Source of the DNA: Moraxellaceae bacterium | Lineage (GTDB): Bacteria > Pseudomonadota > Gammaproteobacteria > Pseudomonadales > Moraxellaceae | Direction: 5' to 3' | Length of the DNA: 55,292 nt | NCBI GenBank assembly: GCA_035706925.1 | Contig: DASSUO010000099.1 | Coordinates: 1 to 55,292 of the forward strand | Position numbers and translations under genes: made by a program | Notes under the pieces: generated by a model | Databases searched by the model: none | Told to the model about the DNA's origin: nothing | What the model saw: the letters and a program-made list of their open reading frames with translations, nothing else | In this document: positions 50,683 through 55,292 of the stretch, one piece after another | How the letters are laid out: each line of letters starts with the position of its first letter | Numbering within the stretch: position 1 is the stretch's first letter

Positions 50683-50940
50683 GACTCCTCCTGAGACAGA
50701 GACGGATGTGGCCCCACGGGCCATGAACTGACGGTCGAGTCTAAAAGGCGGCACGTTCATAGGAAAGCGCCGCGATGATTTACAGGACTCCAACAAATGG
50801 CTCCCCGGCACGCCGCCTCGCGGTTGCAGCGCCGGGCGCCACTCCTCACCTGCCGCTTGATCTGGCACAAGGGGCTGGGGCATTGCGATGGCCGGAGCGG
50901 CCGGGCTGAGGCAGACTCGGGCTTTCTCCGGAATCCCGAC

Positions 50941-52236
50941 ATGTCGCCTGGATTGAATCGCTCGCTGAGCCTGTTCCAGCTCACCGTTTATGGTGTGGGG
51001 ACCATCGTGGGCGCGGGCATTTATTCCGTTCTTGGCGCCGCTGCCGGCATGGTGGGCAATGGCGTATGGGTCAGTCTTGTCCTCGCCGGCGTGGCAGCAC
51101 TGCTCACCGGCCTCTCCTATGCGGAGCTCATTTCGCGGTTTCCGCGTGCCGGTGCCGAGTACCACTTCCTCAAGGAAGCCTTTCCGGCCTGGCCTCTGTT
51201 GTCCTCCATGGCGGGCATGCTCATGGCGCTGAATGCTGCGGCCACCTGTGCAACCGTCTCACTGGCCTTTGGGGGCTATCTGCGCGTCTTTGCGGACATT
51301 CCCGTCATGATGTCCGCGCCGGGCTTGCTGGCGCTGTGTACGCTGATCAATCTCGCCGGCATCCGGCAGGCCACCTGGGCCAGCACGGTCGTCGTCACCG
51401 TTGAAGTGGGCGGCTTGCTATTGCTCATCGCGGCCGGGTTCTGGCGCGTGGACGTGCTGTCCCTGGTGAGTCTGCCGCCGGTCACGGCGACGCCCGCCGT
51501 GCTCGCGGGCGCCGCGCTCATGTTCTTCGTGTATATCGGTTTCGAGGAAGTGGCCAATCTGGCTGAAGAAGCGCGAACACCGCATCGCGATGTGGCGCAT
51601 GCCGTGCTGCTCAGCATCGTGCTGACGTCGGGAATCTATCTGCTGGTGGCCTGGGTGGTGCTGGCGCTGGTGCCGACGGCGACCCTGGCGGGGAGTGCCT
51701 CGCCGCTCACCACGGCGGCGGCAGTGGTGGCGCCCGGGCTGGGTCCGGTTCTCGCCGTATCCGCATTATTCTCGACCGCCAGTACGGCACTGATCTCCCT
51801 GGTGGCCGTGAGCCGGCTTCTCTATGGCATGGCGCGCGACGGGGCGCTGCCGGCGGAACTCGCCCGGCTCTCGACCCGGCGTCAGACCCCGTGGGTGGCC
51901 GGCCTGTTGCTGTTCGCCGTGTCATGCGCCCTGTTGCCGCTGGGTGATGTCGCCATTGTGGCCAGTGTGGCGTCGCTGGGTGTCCTGGCGGTATTTGTCC
52001 TGGTGCATGCCGCCGTCATTCGGCTTCGTTTCACGGCGCCCCCTGACGGACGGGCCTTCCTGGTTCCGTTACACGTCGGGCGTTGGCCGGTACTTCCGGT
52101 GCTGGGTCTCGCGATCGCACTTGCCCTGATGACGCAATTCGAAACGAGGGTTTACGTGATTGCGGGCGTGGTGCTGGCGGCAGGACTCGCCTTGCGCGGC
52201 CTGGCGCTGATCTCCCGTCATCGTCGGGCAGGATGA
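50941..52236 (+). CDS. APC-superfamily amino acid permease
   Basis: LSLFQLTVYGVGTIVGAGIYSVLG signature and ~12 TM helices. Start at ATG 50941. Confidence 0.85.
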   Translation: MSPGLNRSLSLFQLTVYGVGTIVGAGIYSVLGAAAGMVGNGVWVSLVLAGVAALLTGLSYAELISRFPRAGAEYHFLKEAFPAWPLLSSMAGMLMALNAAATCATVSLAFGGYLRVFADIPVMMSAPGLLALCTLINLAGIRQATWASTVVVTVEVGGLLLLIAAGFWRVDVLSLVSLPPVTATPAVLAGAALMFFVYIGFEEVANLAEEARTPHRDVAHAVLLSIVLTSGIYLLVAWVVLALVPTATLAGSASPLTTAAAVVAPGLGPVLAVSALFSTASTALISLVAVSRLLYGMARDGALPAELARLSTRRQTPWVAGLLLFAVSCALLPLGDVAIVASVASLGVLAVFVLVHAAVIRLRFTAPPDGRAFLVPLHVGRWPVLPVLGLAIALALMTQFETRVYVIAGVVLAAGLALRGLALISRHRRAG

Positions 52237-52246
52237 GGCGCCGCTG

Positions 52247-52978
52247 TCAGGTCGATGGCGGGGAGGCGGCCTGCCCGTCAGTGGCCGGGCGCAGCGCCGT
52301 GGGGCTGACCTGATGCAGCAAACGGAAGGTCAGACCGAAGAGGATGGCATCGTTGCGAATGTCTCCCGTGGTCTCGAGCCGCGTCGTGGGCAGAACCGGA
52401 TCGTTGGTGTGTTCAAGGTGGAAGCGCATCTGCTGATAACGGTATTCGCTGAAAAGCGATATGGCGGGATTCAGCCGCCACTCCAGGCCGAGTGAGGCGC
52501 TGGCGCCCAGTCGGCCTCCGCGTCCGGACCAGGTGTTGTCGTTCACGCTCGACACAATCGGGCCGGCCCTCACAAAGCCATCTACCGCGGTGACGACGAA
52601 GCCCACCATGCCGATGGGATGCAGCGATCCGTATGAGCCCCGCGCCAGCGTCAGGTCCGACGGTAGCGTCACGCCCAGCGTCACCGGAAGCAGCCGCAAG
52701 TCGGCGCGCGGGTCATGGACATGTGTATAGCCGAAGTCGATTCCGAAGCCGAACGGGATGGGCGTGGTATCCACACGCAGGCGCAATCCGTTCATGGGGC
52801 GCAGGTTCGGATCAAAGTCGAAGTGAGCGGCGTTGTCGGCACTGAGCAGGTTGTCCTGGTACAGGCTGAGGGTGCCTGTTTCGTGACTGACGTGGCCTCC
52901 ATAGGCATCCAGCCACAAATCGGTATCGGCAAGGGCGGGGCTTGCGACAAGGAGCAGGGGCAGGGTCAGTCGTTTCAT
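52247..52978 (-). CDS. outer-membrane beta-barrel protein (small porin/OmpW-like class)
   Basis: Signal peptide MKRLTLPLLLVASPALA and alternating hydrophobic beta-strand pattern. A beta-signal-like strand AILFGLTFRL is followed by a 23-aa Pro/Ala/Ser tail. Confidence 0.6.
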   Translation of the reverse strand: MKRLTLPLLLVASPALADTDLWLDAYGGHVSHETGTLSLYQDNLLSADNAAHFDFDPNLRPMNGLRLRVDTTPIPFGFGIDFGYTHVHDPRADLRLLPVTLGVTLPSDLTLARGSYGSLHPIGMVGFVVTAVDGFVRAGPIVSSVNDNTWSGRGGRLGASASLGLEWRLNPAISLFSEYRYQQMRFHLEHTNDPVLPTTRLETTGDIRNDAILFGLTFRLLHQVSPTALRPATDGQAASPPST

Positions 52979-53202
52979 GGCCGTTCTCGCTGGCGGATTT
53001 GGTCCGGATGCCGGAAAGGGCGCCGTCGCACCTGTGTTGAAGCGTAGCCGTCCGGGCGGGAAACGTCTTGCGCCGGATCAGATGCGCGAGCGATCGCGTC
53101 TCGAGGCTCCGGGTCTTGCAGGCCCGGCCCGCGAAGCCCGCCGTTTCCCCTTCCGGGCGCGCTCCGGTAATGTCGCATCCGTGACAGTAGCAGGAGAATG
53201 AC

Positions 53203-53805
53203 ATGGAGAAGGGCCGGCTCGAAGCCTTCAGTGATGGCGTGTTCGCCATCATCATCACCATCATGGTGCTTGAGATGAAAGTGCCGCACGGCGAAGACCT
53301 TGCCGCACTTGCGCCGCTGCTGCCGGTATTCCTGAGCTATGTGCTCAGCTTTGTCTATGTCGGCATCTACTGGAACAACCATCATCACATGCTGCAGGCC
53401 AGCTGCCGCGTGACGGGCCCTGTGCTCTGGGCCAATCTTCACCTGCTGTTCTGGCTGTCGCTCTTTCCCTTTGCCACAGGCTGGATGGGCGAGAACCATT
53501 TTGCCCCGCTGCCCACGGCATTCTACGGAGGGGTGCTGTTGATGGCCGCGATTGCCTACTGGATCCTGCAGACGGTGATCGTGCGCGGCGAGGGCGAGGA
53601 CTCCCTGCTGGGGCGCGCGCTGGGCAATGACCGCAAGGGAAAGTCCTCGCCGCTGCTCTATGCCGTTTCCATTGGTGTTGCGTTGTGGTCGCCGGCCTTG
53701 GCGCAGGTCATCTTTGTGGGCGTGGCGCTGCTCTGGCTGGTGCCGGACCGGCGTATCGAGCACGCAATGCGCGAGCGTGACGAGAGCGCCGATGGTGGTG
53801 GCTGA
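53203..53805 (+). CDS. TMEM175-family (DUF1211) potassium channel homolog
   Basis: RLEAFSDGVFAIIITIMVLE signature in TM1 and six TM helices. AGGAG ribosome-binding site. Confidence 0.8.
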   Translation: MEKGRLEAFSDGVFAIIITIMVLEMKVPHGEDLAALAPLLPVFLSYVLSFVYVGIYWNNHHHMLQASCRVTGPVLWANLHLLFWLSLFPFATGWMGENHFAPLPTAFYGGVLLMAAIAYWILQTVIVRGEGEDSLLGRALGNDRKGKSSPLLYAVSIGVALWSPALAQVIFVGVALLWLVPDRRIEHAMRERDESADGGG

Positions 53806-53846
53806 GTGGTAGCCAGGGGCCCGCCCGACGAGGTGGCGTAATAAAT

Positions 53847-53877
53847 AAAAAAGGCCGGGATCACCGGCCTTTTTTTA
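53847..53877. terminator. bidirectional Rho-independent terminator
   Basis: AAAAAAGGCCGG-GATCA-CCGGCCTTTTTTT, between the convergent TMEM175-like gene and serA. Confidence 0.85.
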
Positions 53878-53905
53878 GTGACACGCGCCGCAGGGGCGCG
53901 GTCGT

Positions 53906-55135
53906 TCAGAACAGCACGCGGGAACGGATCGTACCGTCGACCTGTTGGAGCTTTTCCAGTGCGACGCTGGAGTATTCCTTGTCGACATCCATTACCAGGT
54001 AGCCGATGGCCTCGTTGGTCATCAGGCTCTGCGAAGCGATGTTGATGTTGTTCTCGGCGAACACGCGGTTGATGTTGGCCAGCACGCCCGGCACGTTGCG
54101 GTGGATGTGCAGCAGGCGGTGCTTGCCCGGCTGCAGCGGCACGGCCACTTCCGGGAAGTTCACGGCCGACAGTGTGGTGCCGGAGTCGGAGTAGCGCACG
54201 AACTTCTCGCCGACTTCAAGGCCGATGTTGGCCTGCGCCTCGAGTGTGGAACCGCCGATGTGCGGGGTCAGGATGACGTTCTCGAGGCCGCGCAGCGCGG
54301 ATTCGAAGATTTCATCGTTGGCCTTGGGCTCCTTGGGGAACACGTCGATGGCAGCGCCGTTCAGGTGCTTGGTCTTGATGGCCTCGGCCAGTGCCTCGAT
54401 GTCCACGCAGGTGCCGCGCGCGGCGTTGATGAAGATGGCGCCCTTCTTCATTTTGGCGAAGTGCTCGGCCCGCATCATGTTCTTGGTGGAGGGCAGCTCG
54501 GGCACGTGCAGGGTGACGACGTCGGCCGTGCTGAGCAGCTCGTCCATGGACGTGACCTGGCGGGCATTACCCAGCGGCAGCTTGGTAACGACGTCGTAGT
54601 AGATCACCTGCATGCCGAGGGATTCGGCCAGCACGGAGAGCTGCGAACCGATGCTGCCGTAGCCGACGATGCCGAGCGTCTTGCCACGGGTTTCCCAGGA
54701 GCCTTCTGCCGACTTGGACCAGCCGCCGCGGTGCACCAGAAAGTTCTTTTCGGGAATGCCGCGCAGCAGGAGGATCAGTTCGCCAAGGACCAGTTCCGCC
54801 ACGGAACGGGTGTTGGAGTAAGGCGCGTTGAAAACGGGAATGCCCTTTTCCATCGCGGCCTTGAGCTTTACCTGGTTGGTGCCGATGCAGAAGCAGCCGA
54901 TGGCGATCAGCTTGTTCGCGGCATCCAGTACGCGCTCGGTGACCTGGGTGCGGGAACGGATGCCGAGGAAGTGGGCGTCCTTGACCTTCTCGACCAGGGC
55001 GTCTTCGTCGAGGGCCGTCTTCAGGTACTCGATGTTGGTGTAGCCGTTGGCCTTGAGCACGTCCAGGGCGTTCTGGTGCACGCCTTCCAGGAGAAGGAAA
55101 CGGATCTTGGACTTGTCGAGAGAGAATTGGCTCAT
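53906..55135 (-). CDS. serA: D-3-phosphoglycerate dehydrogenase
   Basis: MSQFSLDKSKIRFLLLEGVHQ..., the NAD site GIVGYGSIGSQ, and a C-terminal ACT domain. Start preferred at ATG 55135 (GGGGA ribosome-binding site) over ATG 55141. Confidence 0.93.
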   Translation of the reverse strand: MSQFSLDKSKIRFLLLEGVHQNALDVLKANGYTNIEYLKTALDEDALVEKVKDAHFLGIRSRTQVTERVLDAANKLIAIGCFCIGTNQVKLKAAMEKGIPVFNAPYSNTRSVAELVLGELILLLRGIPEKNFLVHRGGWSKSAEGSWETRGKTLGIVGYGSIGSQLSVLAESLGMQVIYYDVVTKLPLGNARQVTSMDELLSTADVVTLHVPELPSTKNMMRAEHFAKMKKGAIFINAARGTCVDIEALAEAIKTKHLNGAAIDVFPKEPKANDEIFESALRGLENVILTPHIGGSTLEAQANIGLEVGEKFVRYSDSGTTLSAVNFPEVAVPLQPGKHRLLHIHRNVPGVLANINRVFAENNINIASQSLMTNEAIGYLVMDVDKEYSSVALEKLQQVDGTIRSRVLF

Positions 55136-55292
55136 GGGCATCCCCGTACGTCTGGCCCCGGCGTCGGGGCTGAAAAAGAGCCGCGTATGCTACCATGCCA
55201 GCCCCGGCCAGCCAGCCTCCCTGCCGTTCCTTTCCGGCGGAATCGGCCCTGTCCGGTTCCGTTTTTCGCGCCCGTGCCCGGACTTGCCCGGA

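Overview
This is a high-GC (roughly 65%) gammaproteobacterial chromosomal core region, densely coded. I found no rRNA, tRNA, CRISPR array, integrase, transposase or low-GC island.

Gene content in order:
- dut (3' end), algC, argB, slmA
- a DUF4124-like secreted protein and a TauE/SafE permease
- the complete type IV pilus chemosensory cluster pilG-pilH-pilI-pilJ-pilK-chpA-chpB-chpC, with chpA encoding 2736 aa
- a cytochrome b561 and an EptA/MCR-family phosphoethanolamine transferase
- ggt and rsmE
- a methyl-cycle block bioA-metF-ahcY on the minus strand, preceded by an SAH riboswitch and containing a REP-like inverted repeat pair
- an orphan hybrid histidine kinase and a DUF4404 protein
- metK
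- the tkt-epd-pgk-fba central-carbon block
- a small Arg-rich protein followed by an FtsH paralog
- cobB and an alpha/beta hydrolase
- a 727-aa EF-hand membrane protein
- a four-gene envelope operon (CsgG-like, TPR lipoprotein, YcfL-like, LpoB-like)
- an APC permease, a beta-barrel outer membrane protein, a TMEM175-type channel and serA

Many long ORFs in the track are antisense shadow ORFs typical of high-GC DNA, and I rejected them.

I do not see a convincing new multi-gene system such as a defence island. The window looks like ordinary core genome. The most worthwhile leads are the uncharacterised envelope operon, the EF-hand membrane protein, the membrane-anchored sensor-like AlgC fusion, and several non-coding elements the ORF track cannot show: the SAH riboswitch, the REP pair, and the structured metK and pilK-chpA intergenic regions.
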